A stretch of 64,000 bases of DNA from Bacilli bacterium (GTDB taxonomy: Bacteria; Bacillota_I; Bacilli_A; RF39; UBA660): contig JAFRUZ010000011.1 in NCBI GenBank assembly GCA_017438635.1, positions 5,766 through 69,765 on the forward strand, given 5' to 3'. Under the pieces are notes generated by a model that was not told where the DNA came from, did no database searches, and saw nothing but the letters and a program-made list of their open reading frames with translations. A program made the position numbers and the translations under genes. Positions 45,736 through 54,875 of this stretch are shown piece after piece; position 1 is the first letter of the stretch, and every line of letters begins with the position of its first letter.

Positions 45736-46350
45736 CTAACGTCTTTGTCTTACATTGGCATTTTTTCTTTCATCAGTCAGCCATAACATACTACATAATT
45801 CTATATTGTTCAAATTTTTAATAGAATTAATACTTAGTGGTACTACCTCATTGTGAACATCTGCCAGTTTTTCTTGTAAGACCAAAGGTAACGAATAATA
45901 AAACTCATCATCCACTACTATCTTATCAAAAAAATCAAAGTTTTCTATTAAAACAGTATCTTTTTGATAATCGTCAAGAACTTCGTCTACCTTAACTTTT
46001 GTTAATGAATTATTAGTTACAAATGCTGCACCTGCTCCCATTGTTATTGCAAGGAGTAATTCTCCTTTAGTGGCTGCACCCGTAGACGCAATCATACAAG
46101 CAACTGTTGTTGCAACACCTGCTCCTAAAGATATTAAATCCTCTTTTGTAGTATACGCCATTGATATAAAATTATCATAATCTCGATATTGTCTCATCAT
46201 GATTTTATCTAAGTTGGAAACAGTTTTTTCTGTAAGAAGAATTCTTCTTGAACTGCCATCTCCAAATGTTACTAAAACGTGGTTATCATTAGTGATTTCA
46301 TATTCACTAATCATTTTCTCATTTCCACTTGCTATTGCATACTTTTTCAC
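45736..46350 (-). CDS. Hypothetical protein with a Gly/Ala-rich hydrophobic core segment
   Basis: 204 aa. The GTG start has AAAGGAG 7 nt upstream. Contains GAGVATTVACMIASTGAATKGELLLAITMGAGAAFV. Confidence 0.45.
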   Translation of the reverse strand: MKKYAIASGNEKMISEYEITNDNHVLVTFGDGSSRRILLTEKTVSNLDKIMMRQYRDYDNFISMAYTTKEDLISLGAGVATTVACMIASTGAATKGELLLAITMGAGAAFVTNNSLTKVKVDEVLDDYQKDTVLIENFDFFDKIVVDDEFYYSLPLVLQEKLADVHNEVVPLSINSIKNLNNIELCSMLWLTDERKNANVRQRR

Positions 46351-46369
46351 ATTTTTACTCCTTTATCAA

Positions 46370-47074
46370 CTATTTAGTAATTACTCGAGTGCCTTCTTTA
46401 TTATCAAGAACATCTTGTATACTATTAATCTTGCTAGAACTATATACGTATAATGGCATTTTATTTTTTGAAAGTGCAGAAAGAGCTTCAAGATCCATTA
46501 CCATAAGAGAATCTACACCTTGCTTTAGTGACATAGAAAGTAAATCTTCATGAGATATTTCACTTAACTTTTGAGCGCCTTCTTCTTTTGGATTTCGATC
46601 ATATATAGCATCTATACTTTTAGCCATTAATATCAAATCTGCTTTATGTTCAACCGCTTTTGAAACAGTAGTCATATCAGTAGTTAAATTAGGAATACCA
46701 AGTCCTCCACCAAAGACTACAACTTTTTTATTTTTCAAATCATTTTCTACTTGATAATAAGTTCCTTTTTTTATAACACCAGTTATATCAAAAGAACAAT
46801 ATGCACTTGATTCAATACCATTTTCATTCAAATATGAATTGATTGCTAGTGTATTCATAGCAGTAGCAAGCATTCCAATATAATCTGATACACTAATATT
46901 AATATTCAAGCCATTTCTACCTCTCCAGAAATTACCGCCACCAGGTATAATGATCAATTCTGCTCCAGATGCTACAAGTGCCTTTGCATCTCTAAGAGCA
47001 TTTTCTAAGGCGTTACTATCTAAATCATATTCCCCCTTTAATGATTCTCCACTTATTTTTAATACTACTCTCAT
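46370..47074 (-). CDS. pyrH: UMP kinase
   Basis: RVVLKISGESL, IIPGGGNFWRG, MLATAMN and the amino-acid-kinase fold pattern. Confidence 0.9.
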   Translation of the reverse strand: MRVVLKISGESLKGEYDLDSNALENALRDAKALVASGAELIIIPGGGNFWRGRNGLNINISVSDYIGMLATAMNTLAINSYLNENGIESSAYCSFDITGVIKKGTYYQVENDLKNKKVVVFGGGLGIPNLTTDMTTVSKAVEHKADLILMAKSIDAIYDRNPKEEGAQKLSEISHEDLLSMSLKQGVDSLMVMDLEALSALSKNKMPLYVYSSSKINSIQDVLDNKEGTRVITK

Positions 47075-47106
47075 ATTCCCTCCTTTAGAAAAAAGACTAA
47101 AAATTT

Positions 47107-47646
47107 TTAATAGTTTTCAGCCTTAACTTCAAAATAACTTTGAGGATGTGCACATACTGGGCATACTTTTGGAGCATTTTTACCAATAACAATATGACCA
47201 CAGTTACGACATATCCAGATTTTATCTTCATCTTTAGAGAACACTACTTCATCTTCAATATTCTTAAGTAGTTTTCTAAATCTTTCTTCATGATGTTTTT
47301 CAATTTCTCCAACCATTCTGAACTTTTTAGCGATTAAATCAAATCCTTCTTCTTCTGCAACCTTAGCAAATTCTTCATACATATCAGTCCACTCATAGTT
47401 TTCACCTTCAGCAGCAGCAAGTAAATTATCAGTAGTAGTTGGAACTTCTCCACCATTTAATTCTTTAAACCACATTTTAGCATGTTCTTTTTCATTATTT
47501 GCAGTTTCTTCAAAAATAGCAGCTATTTGTTCATAACCATCTTTTTTAGCCTTACTAGCAAAATAAGTATATTTATTTCTAGCTTGTGATTCTCCCGCAA
47601 AAGCTGCTAATAAGTTAGCTTCTGTTTTACTTCCTTTTAATTCCAT
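47107..47646 (-). CDS. rbr: Rubrerythrin
   Basis: Ferritin-like diiron motifs ([31 protein letters not shown]) plus a C-terminal rubredoxin-type CRNCG...CPVC. Confidence 0.95.
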   Translation of the reverse strand: MELKGSKTEANLLAAFAGESQARNKYTYFASKAKKDGYEQIAAIFEETANNEKEHAKMWFKELNGGEVPTTTDNLLAAAEGENYEWTDMYEEFAKVAEEEGFDLIAKKFRMVGEIEKHHEERFRKLLKNIEDEVVFSKDEDKIWICRNCGHIVIGKNAPKVCPVCAHPQSYFEVKAENY

Positions 47647-47664
47647 AATTTTACCTCCAGTTAT

Positions 47665-47693
47665 ATTATAATAAATATAAAAGCTTTCTTCAA
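47665..47693 (-). promoter_or_regulatory. Rubrerythrin promoter with an overlapping PerR-box-like palindrome (47666-47680)
   Basis: The minus strand reads TTGAAG, a 17-nt spacer, then TATAAT. TTATATTTATTATAA matches the B. subtilis PerR box TTATAATnATTATAA at 13 of 14 defined positions. Confidence 0.4.
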
Positions 47694-47803
47694 GAAATTT
47701 GTATAATTATTTCAATTTTATATATTTATTAAATTATTAATTTTAAGAGATAAAAAATAACTTTTGATGATAATCTTACTATCAAAACGTAAAAAATAGC
47801 CAT

Positions 47804-47832
47804 TTGCTTAGCTATTTTCTCTGTGTTATAGT
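47804..47832 (+). promoter_or_regulatory. Promoter of the small hydrophobic-peptide gene
   Basis: TTGCTT, a 17-nt spacer, then TATAGT with a TGn extension (TGTTATAGT). Confidence 0.5.
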
Positions 47833-47888
47833 GCATTTTGAGCACTTAATTGTTAGGCGTGCCTATCCTTTTATAAAGGAGGTGCCAC

Positions 47889-47975
47889 ATGAGTAAGAAG
47901 GATTTTATAATTCTCTCTTTACTGATTGTAGTTTTTTATCTATTATCAATTCTCTATGGGGTTTTGGTTCAATAA
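47889..47975 (+). CDS. 28-aa hydrophobic peptide, candidate type I toxin
   Basis: My own read gives ATG...TAA encoding MSKKDFIILSLLIVVFYLLSILYGVLVQ. A strong SD (AAAGGAGGTG) lies 5 nt upstream and can be occluded by a TCCTTT/AAAGGA hairpin. The ORF is too short for the supplied track. Confidence 0.55.
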   Translation: MSKKDFIILSLLIVVFYLLSILYGVLVQ

Positions 47976-47977
47976 AT

Positions 47978-48072
47978 AAAAAAGCCTAACTAGTAGTTAG
48001 GCCTACCCTACAAAGGTAACGCTTAACCTCGAAAATTAAGTGTTCCTTTTTTTTAGAGATTTCTCTCTTAAT
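47978..48072 (-). ncRNA. Candidate cis-antisense RNA (antitoxin-like), about 95 nt, complementary to the 3' UTR of the peptide mRNA
   Basis: It has its own promoter at 48076-48103, a GAAA-tetraloop hairpin AGAGA-GAAA-TCTCT, and a terminator formed by stem GCCTAAC, loop TACTA, stem GTTAGGC plus TTTTTT (47978-48002). The ends are approximate. Confidence 0.45.
48019..48054 (+). terminator. Rho-independent terminator of the peptide mRNA
   Basis: Stem ACGCTTAA, a 9-nt loop, stem TTAAGTGT (one G-U pair), followed by TCC and 8 T residues. Confidence 0.5.
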
Positions 48073-48075
48073 TTC

Positions 48076-48103
48076 ATTATACTAAAAAAAATAGTAATTT
48101 CAA
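48076..48103 (-). promoter_or_regulatory. Promoter of the antisense RNA
   Basis: The minus strand reads TTGAAA, a 16-nt spacer, then TATAAT. It begins 2 nt after the rluB stop codon. Confidence 0.5.
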
Positions 48104-48105
48104 TA

Positions 48106-48828
48106 CTATTTTTCTTTTTTTGATAAACTATACAATTTCTTTACTTCTTTTATAGTAAGAGTTCTATATTCTTTTGAAGATAAACCGTCAAGTGTCAAAA
48201 AAGCATACTTTTCTCTTTTTAATTTTAATACTTTGTGCCCTACTTTTTCAAACATCTTTTTAACTTGATGATTTCTACCTTCAGTAATAGTTATGATAAC
48301 TATACTAGTATCTGTTTTTTTATCATAACTTTTAATTTTCAACTTTGCTCTTTTAGTTTTCTTACCATCAATAACTACTCCATTTTTTAAAGTCATAAGT
48401 TCATTTGGAAGTAATTTACCACTTATTTTAGCAACATATGTTTTTTCTATATCACTACTTGGATGAGTAAGAATATTAGCAAGTTCACCATCGTTAGTTA
48501 AAAGTATTAACCCAGTAGTATCATAATCAAGTCTACCTACAGGAAATATCCTAATATCAGTATCAATTAAAGAAGTAATAATCTTTCTATTTTTATCATC
48601 ATCAGTAGTACATACTACTCCTCTAGGTTTATTAAGTAAAATATATACTTTAGTATTATCTTCAATTAAAATATCATCCACCATCACTTGATCTTTATTC
48701 TCCACTTTAAAACCAAGTTCGGTAACAACAGAACCATTTACTTTTACTTTTCCTTTTTTTATTAATTCCTCTGCTTTTCTTCTAGAACAATATCCAGAAT
48801 TGGCAATTCTTTTTTGTAATCTTTCCAT
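48106..48828 (-). CDS. rluB: 23S rRNA pseudouridine synthase RluB-type (S4 domain plus RsuA/RluB catalytic domain)
   Basis: MERLQKRIANSGYCSRRKAEELI (S4), VGRLDYDTTGLILLTNDG (catalytic Asp) and EGRNHQVKKMF. Confidence 0.9.
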   Translation of the reverse strand: MERLQKRIANSGYCSRRKAEELIKKGKVKVNGSVVTELGFKVENKDQVMVDDILIEDNTKVYILLNKPRGVVCTTDDDKNRKIITSLIDTDIRIFPVGRLDYDTTGLILLTNDGELANILTHPSSDIEKTYVAKISGKLLPNELMTLKNGVVIDGKKTKRAKLKIKSYDKKTDTSIVIITITEGRNHQVKKMFEKVGHKVLKLKREKYAFLTLDGLSSKEYRTLTIKEVKKLYSLSKKEK

Positions 48829-48876
48829 AAAAAGCACCTCAAAAGAATTATAGTGTATTTTTCTTTTTTATGCAAA

Positions 48877-49917
48877 CTATTTAAACATATTAATAATTCT
48901 TTTAAAAAAACTTATTTTATTCTCTTTTAAATATACTTTTTCTTTATGTATTTCTAAATCACCTAAATATACAATCATATCTGCAACATAACCCCTTTTG
49001 TCTTTGTTATATACTAATACTTTTCTTATATTATTTAACTCTTCATTAGTTAAAGGATAAACAAATGAATTCTTAATAAAAAGTTCCCCACTTAAATTAG
49101 TATCTTGTTTAAAACTTTTTTTATCTAATATCGTATAGTTTTTATAATTAGAAAAAACTTCTTCATAAAAAGCAATATGAGAATCATAACCATATGTATT
49201 ACCACGAGATGCTATTACTATATTTAAATCATTATTAGAACTACTACTTATAAGTAATCTTCCTGCTTTTGGTGTATAACCTGTCTTACCACCAGTAGAT
49301 TTATCATATAAATTAATTATTTCAGTTCTGTTTTTAAAATAATAACTTTTCTTATCACTACTAGTTTTATATTCCTTTGTCTTTAGTATTTTTCTAAATA
49401 GTTTGTTCTTATATCCATATGAATAAATAATAGCAAGATCATTCACAGAAGAATAATTCTTAGTAGTATCATCTAACCCTGTAGGGTTTTGAAAAGAAGT
49501 TTTTTTTAAACCTAATTTTACTGTTTTCTCATTCATTAACTTTACAAAATTATCTACTGTTCCTCCAGAGTTTTTAGCAATTATTAAGGCAGCATCATTA
49601 CCACTTCTAAGAATCATTCCATATAATAAATCTTCAAGAAGAAAGTTTTCTCCTACTTCTGCATAAATATTTGTACCATCTGCAATTAATATTTCATCTC
49701 CTACTTTTACCACATCCATAAGATTAGAGTTTTCAATAGCAACTATTAATGTCATTATTTTAGTAGTACTTGCAGGTAGTATTCTTTCATCTTTGTTAAG
49801 CTCTTTTATTATTCTTCCTGAATCCATATCCATAACTATATAATTATTTAATATTTCAGCAGCATCTATATTAAAAGGAAATAACAAAAAAAAGAAAAAA
49901 AACAACACTTTTTTCAT
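48877..49917 (-). CDS. D-alanyl-D-alanine carboxypeptidase (S11, DacB/PBP5-like)
   Basis: Signal peptide, SxxK motif ASTTKIM, SGN motif RSGNDAA and KTG motif GKTGYT. Confidence 0.85.
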   Translation of the reverse strand: MKKVLFFFFFLLFPFNIDAAEILNNYIVMDMDSGRIIKELNKDERILPASTTKIMTLIVAIENSNLMDVVKVGDEILIADGTNIYAEVGENFLLEDLLYGMILRSGNDAALIIAKNSGGTVDNFVKLMNEKTVKLGLKKTSFQNPTGLDDTTKNYSSVNDLAIIYSYGYKNKLFRKILKTKEYKTSSDKKSYYFKNRTEIINLYDKSTGGKTGYTPKAGRLLISSSSNNDLNIVIASRGNTYGYDSHIAFYEEVFSNYKNYTILDKKSFKQDTNLSGELFIKNSFVYPLTNEELNNIRKVLVYNKDKRGYVADMIVYLGDLEIHKEKVYLKENKISFFKRIINMFK

Positions 49918-49958
49918 CTAAATCACCTAATTAATAGTATGAAAAAAAGAAGTATATA

Positions 49959-51779
49959 TTATATATACTTCTCACTAATTCTCTTTACTTCATCTTCTAT
50001 TTTTTCTTCTATCATACAGTCACTAAATCCATCTTTTATAAAATGATCTTTAATAAACTCTTTATCTTTTTTAATAATTATAACAACTGGTGTATTAAAC
50101 TTCTTATTTTCTTTTAATTCTTTCAAAATAGAATATGCAGAATCTGGTTTCATATCGTCTTTTAAAACTATTAAATTGTATTTATCACCAGAATTAATTT
50201 TATCAATTGCATCGTGTCCTATTAATGTACAAATAACATCTGTATCTTTTTTTGAAAACAATCTTCCTAATTTATCTAAACTATCACTATTATCATCAGC
50301 AATCAAAACTCTTGCCTTATCATTAAAATCTAGATTATAACTTTTCACACTTTTTAAAGTTTTGTTTTCCTTATCTTGAACAATTTTTTGATCTATTACA
50401 ATAACAATAGTTGTACCTTTACCTTTATCACTACGAATATTAACAGAACCACCCATTACCTTTAATACTTTTACAACTAACGGAATATTTAAGTTTAAAC
50501 TGTCAATTTTATCAAAATCAGAAACATCTACTTCTTCATTAGAAGATAAAAGCTTATTTATTTGACCAATTTCCATCCCTTGACCTGAATCTTTTATAGA
50601 GAATATCAACCTACAGACATCATATTTAGTAGTTACATCAAGATCAAGATCAATGAAACCTTTTTCCGTATACTTTATACTATTTGAAACCAAAGAAAGA
50701 ACAACTTGTTTTACTTTTATATAATCACCAATTAGCTTTTCAGGATAATCATTATTAAGATTAAAATTAAGTTTAATATCTTTATCCTTATTTGCAACTT
50801 TTAATTGGTTTTCTGTATTAGTTTTGATATCTAGAAGAAGTTTTTTAGTTATATATGGAGTACCTTGTATTTTAAACTTTTTAAAATCCTCTGAAGATAT
50901 ATTAGTGATATCATTTATGATAAAGTATGCAGCATTAGCATCTTGAGAAATAGATTCTACAATACTATCTTTTTCCTCACTAGTTTGTGCTTTAGAATAA
51001 GCCCCCACACTATCTATAATACCTTGAATTGGTTTTTTAATCTCTTGTGATACTTTAAACAAGAAATTAGATTTATCATTAACTGTTTGCTCTACTAATT
51101 CTTGATTTCTTAAAAGAGTATTTATTGCTTGAACATCCGGATTTTCAATAGTAAAGTACATGATACAACATAATACTGCTTCAACTGAATCAGATAATGT
51201 TATCTGAGGATATATCATTTGAATTATCATAATTATTAATCCAAATACTATGAATAATGACAATGGTAATATTTTTAAACCAAATTTCTTCTTTCTACCA
51301 GCAATCATTATAAATATTAATATATTTGATATTAATGCAGATACTGCATATACATAGTTTACTGATGGACCATACGTATAATAAACGCCTGCTGCTTCAT
51401 TTTGGAATAAAAATATAGGAAGTGCATATATCATGATTATTTCTATAATAAATGATATCAATATAGCAATTATTGGTTTTTTATTTTTCGGAGATAATAT
51501 AGTCATTCCATATACTAATAATAAATTAGCAAACAGAATAAACATTACTAAAAATGTTTTAAAAACAAAGTTTACTAGTATAGGACTAATGCTATCTTGA
51601 ATATATACTACAACATAACATAGCATATGAAAAATAAGAGACACTATATTGGATATAAGTACTCCTTTATATATCTTATTCTCATCATTATCTACTCTTT
51701 CTTTCGAAAAATATATAATACTTAAGCCAATACTATAAAGCATACTAAAAACAACTAAAAACATCATGCCTACTGCCAT
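49959..51779 (-). CDS. Hybrid sensor kinase-like protein (multi-TM sensor, HisKA-like, HATPase_c, receiver-like) with a degenerate H-box
   Basis: About 6-7 TM helices. The H-box position reads KSNFLFKVSQEIKKPIQGI, with Q where the phospho-His is expected. N-box LVSNSIKYTEKG. G-boxes IKDSGQGME and GGSVNIRSDKGKGTT. The receiver-like domain has VLIADDNSD...NLIVLKDDMKPD. Confidence 0.75.
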   Translation of the reverse strand: MAVGMMFLVVFSMLYSIGLSIIYFSKERVDNDENKIYKGVLISNIVSLIFHMLCYVVVYIQDSISPILVNFVFKTFLVMFILFANLLLVYGMTILSPKNKKPIIAILISFIIEIIMIYALPIFLFQNEAAGVYYTYGPSVNYVYAVSALISNILIFIMIAGRKKKFGLKILPLSLFIVFGLIIMIIQMIYPQITLSDSVEAVLCCIMYFTIENPDVQAINTLLRNQELVEQTVNDKSNFLFKVSQEIKKPIQGIIDSVGAYSKAQTSEEKDSIVESISQDANAAYFIINDITNISSEDFKKFKIQGTPYITKKLLLDIKTNTENQLKVANKDKDIKLNFNLNNDYPEKLIGDYIKVKQVVLSLVSNSIKYTEKGFIDLDLDVTTKYDVCRLIFSIKDSGQGMEIGQINKLLSSNEEVDVSDFDKIDSLNLNIPLVVKVLKVMGGSVNIRSDKGKGTTIVIVIDQKIVQDKENKTLKSVKSYNLDFNDKARVLIADDNSDSLDKLGRLFSKKDTDVICTLIGHDAIDKINSGDKYNLIVLKDDMKPDSAYSILKELKENKKFNTPVVIIIKKDKEFIKDHFIKDGFSDCMIEEKIEDEVKRISEKYI

Positions 51780-51829
51780 ATATCATCACCTATTATAGAT
51801 TATAGCATTAAAACATGATATTTTCAATA

Positions 51830-53698
51830 TTATAATTCTCTTACTTTTTCTCTATCTTTACTGTATTCTTTATATTTTATAAATCCTTCAGTTTCCTTCT
51901 TTAAACCTGCAAGATCTCGTTTTCCAAATAATGCATGTGGAAATTCATCTCTTATTTTAAATACTGTAGGTACATAGTTTTCATTTCTAAACTCATCATA
52001 TACTTTTTGTTCTATATCTGATAACTTTTCATACAACATTTTTGGATTATTAGTTATTAATTGTTTATACATATCATTAAAGACAATATGAGTAACTAAA
52101 GTATCACCATTACCATTTACAGGCATTATATCAACATCTTGTATATCTTCATCAGCAGCAATAACTTCCTCTACATCAAAATTATATACTTTTTCCCCAT
52201 TTACCATACTGTAATCTTCTGCTCTACCATAAACAAATAGATTACCTTCTTCATCAATACTTCCTATATCTCCAGTACAACTCCATTTTGTTCCAAATGG
52301 ATCTGTATAAAAGAATTTATCTGTTTCAAGGGGTTTATTATAGTATCCAATCATACCTGATTTAGTATTTACATATATTTCACCACGTTCATTATATGGA
52401 AGTTCATTTCTATCTTCATCAAATATGCCACATACAACTCCTGGTATTGGTATACCTACAGAACCATCTGATCTATAAAAATCATCTGTTTGTGTAGCAA
52501 TTCCTGCGCCGCATTCACATTGACCATATCCTATTTTTAAAGCGCTTGGTGAGCCATGATCATGAAATACTTTTTCAATAGCTTCTTTCATCTCTTTACC
52601 AAGATGTTCTCCACCTTGAAATGGATTAGTAAAATGTGATAAATCCGCATCTTTAACAAGTTCAGGTTCCAAAAACCCAGTATATAAACTAGTAGTTGCT
52701 ACAACTACATTTATTTTATATTTAATTACATTTTCTACAAAAACTTTTCTATCAAATCTTGGATCCATAAATACAGTTGCACCATTTGCAAGAGGTAAAT
52801 GCATTGCCGTACTTGCGCCTGTAGAAAACCAAGGTGGAATAACTTGATAATCTTTTAAATCTCTTGATAAATCCATATTACATGCTTCGTATGAATGGAT
52901 TGAATTTTGAAAACTGTCATTTGATAAAACTATTGCTTTAGATGATCCAGTAGAACCAGATGAATATACCATTGCTACAGGCATATCAGGTTCATATTCG
53001 GCAGTTTTAACATTAGCAATTACTTTTCCAGCTTTTATAAATTGATTATATAAAACAGCATTTTGATCCAATTCAACTTTAGATGGTTTTACAAATCTAA
53101 GCGGTGAAGAATTAAGAGTTGGCACTACTACTATTTTTTCAATAGTAGACTCCTTTACTTTTTCTTTAACACTCGGATAAAACTGATCCATAACAAGCAA
53201 TATCTTTGAGTCACAATCATTTATTCTTTCAGTCATTCCTGCTACATCAAAAAATGGTGACATCGAGTTAGCACATGCTCCAATTTTAGAAAGTGCATAA
53301 AATGCATACGTTGTCTCGGGTATACCAGCACAAGATATGGTAACCATATCACCTTTTTTAACACCATTAGCAACTAGTGCTCTTGCTAAATCATCTATTT
53401 CTTCGAATAATTTTTTATACTTTATTTTGGCACCATAAAACTCAATAGCAATACCATTTAAATTATCTCTATTGTTATCATATATTTCTTGATAAATTGT
53501 CTTCTTGGTTCTTGGCTTATACAGAACATCTAAATCTACTAATTTTAACCAAGGTCTATCTATAGTAGGATAACCTACTTTTGGTCCTTGTATTTTACCT
53601 GTTGCTAAATCCTTTAAATAGTAATCAAGTTCTTTTTTTTCTTCTTCATTTAAATCTTTTAAGTTTTTTTTTAGTTCTATTAATTCTTCTTTAGTCAT
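51830..53698 (-). CDS. AMP-forming acyl-CoA synthetase / adenylate-forming enzyme
   Basis: AMP-binding motif YSSGSTGSSKAI, GYGQCECG and TGDIGSIDEEGNLFVYGR. Confidence 0.85.
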   Translation of the reverse strand: MTKEELIELKKNLKDLNEEEKKELDYYLKDLATGKIQGPKVGYPTIDRPWLKLVDLDVLYKPRTKKTIYQEIYDNNRDNLNGIAIEFYGAKIKYKKLFEEIDDLARALVANGVKKGDMVTISCAGIPETTYAFYALSKIGACANSMSPFFDVAGMTERINDCDSKILLVMDQFYPSVKEKVKESTIEKIVVVPTLNSSPLRFVKPSKVELDQNAVLYNQFIKAGKVIANVKTAEYEPDMPVAMVYSSGSTGSSKAIVLSNDSFQNSIHSYEACNMDLSRDLKDYQVIPPWFSTGASTAMHLPLANGATVFMDPRFDRKVFVENVIKYKINVVVATTSLYTGFLEPELVKDADLSHFTNPFQGGEHLGKEMKEAIEKVFHDHGSPSALKIGYGQCECGAGIATQTDDFYRSDGSVGIPIPGVVCGIFDEDRNELPYNERGEIYVNTKSGMIGYYNKPLETDKFFYTDPFGTKWSCTGDIGSIDEEGNLFVYGRAEDYSMVNGEKVYNFDVEEVIAADEDIQDVDIMPVNGNGDTLVTHIVFNDMYKQLITNNPKMLYEKLSDIEQKVYDEFRNENYVPTVFKIRDEFPHALFGKRDLAGLKKETEGFIKYKEYSKDREKVREL

Positions 53699-53906
53699 AT
53701 GATCACTCCCCCACTATAAACATTATAACACTTTTTAACCCAATAATAAAACAAAAGTGTAAATGGTTTACACAAAAAACACTAGTATTATATTTTTTTA
53801 TTTATATTTTAACAATAGTTTTTATAACATTTGCGTTTTAAACAAAAATTCATGGTAATAATTGTAAAAAAATTAAATTTTTATTATAATAAAACTAGGT
53901 GATATT

Positions 53907-54803
53907 ATGAATGTCGTTATAAAAGTTGATGATGAAACAAAAAATAAAATGATTGAGTATTACAAAGATAAAGTAAGAGAAAAGACTCCACCTTATGCTA
54001 TATTTCAAGCACAAGAAGAAGACACTATTATTACTCTATATGAATCAGGTAAAGTTATGTTTCAAGGAACTAGTGCTTTTGTAGATGCAAACATGTGGAA
54101 AGCTATAAAAGAAAATGATGAAGAAGATGAAGACCAAAACGATTATATGAACATCTCTTCAGTAGGTTCTGATGAAGTTGGTACAGGTGACTACTTTGGC
54201 CCTATTGTAGTTACTAGCACTTATGTAAAGAAAGATGATATAGACTTTTTAAAAAGTTTGGGATGCACTGACTCTAAAAAAATAACTGATGATAAAATTA
54301 AGAAAATAGCTCCTGAAATTATAAAAAGAATTAAATACAAAAGTATCATCTTAAAAAATGAAGAATATAATGAAAAGTATTCTAAAGAAAACAACATGAA
54401 TAAAATTAAAGCAATTATGCATAACAAAGTACTCTATTCTATTTTAAACGACATAAATGAAAAACCCGAACTTATAATAGTAGATGAATTTGCTAGAGAA
54501 GCTAGATACTATTCATATCTCGAAGGAATACCTAATGTTGTAAAAGGAATAACATTTGTAACTAAAGCAGAATCAAAAAATCTTGCAGTAGCAGCAGCAT
54601 CTATTATAAGCAGATATATATTCTTAGATGAATTTGATAAAATATGTGATGAATACCATTTACCTTTAGTAAAAGGTAGTGGTCATGAAGTAGATACTAT
54701 AGGACAAGAAGCAGTAGAAAAATATGGAAAAGAAATCCTTGATAAAATTGCTAAAAAGAATTTTTCAAATACTAGTAGAATATTAAAAACTAGAATAGTA
54801 TAA
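53907..54803 (+). CDS. rnhC: Ribonuclease HIII
   Basis: N-terminal DUF3378-like region (YAIFQAQEEDTIITLYESGKVMFQG) and the RNase HII/HIII core GSDEVGTGDYFGPIVV, DSKK and AAASIISR. Confidence 0.9.
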   Translation: MNVVIKVDDETKNKMIEYYKDKVREKTPPYAIFQAQEEDTIITLYESGKVMFQGTSAFVDANMWKAIKENDEEDEDQNDYMNISSVGSDEVGTGDYFGPIVVTSTYVKKDDIDFLKSLGCTDSKKITDDKIKKIAPEIIKRIKYKSIILKNEEYNEKYSKENNMNKIKAIMHNKVLYSILNDINEKPELIIVDEFAREARYYSYLEGIPNVVKGITFVTKAESKNLAVAAASIISRYIFLDEFDKICDEYHLPLVKGSGHEVDTIGQEAVEKYGKEILDKIAKKNFSNTSRILKTRIV

Positions 54804-54826
54804 GAAGGTCTATACCTTCTTTTTTA
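54803..54826 (+). terminator. Rho-independent terminator after rnhC
   Basis: Stem AGAAGGT, loop CTAT, stem ACCTTCT followed by TTTTT. Confidence 0.6.
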
Positions 54827-54875
54827 TTAACCATATATAATAACCAGCATAGTATATAACAGAAAGGAGTTATAT

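Noticed and set aside
46370-47074. pyrH separated from its usual tsf/frr neighbours
   Set aside because: This is an unusual context, but the gene looks intact and functional, and gene order for pyrH varies among Bacillota. It is not considered noteworthy on sequence evidence alone.
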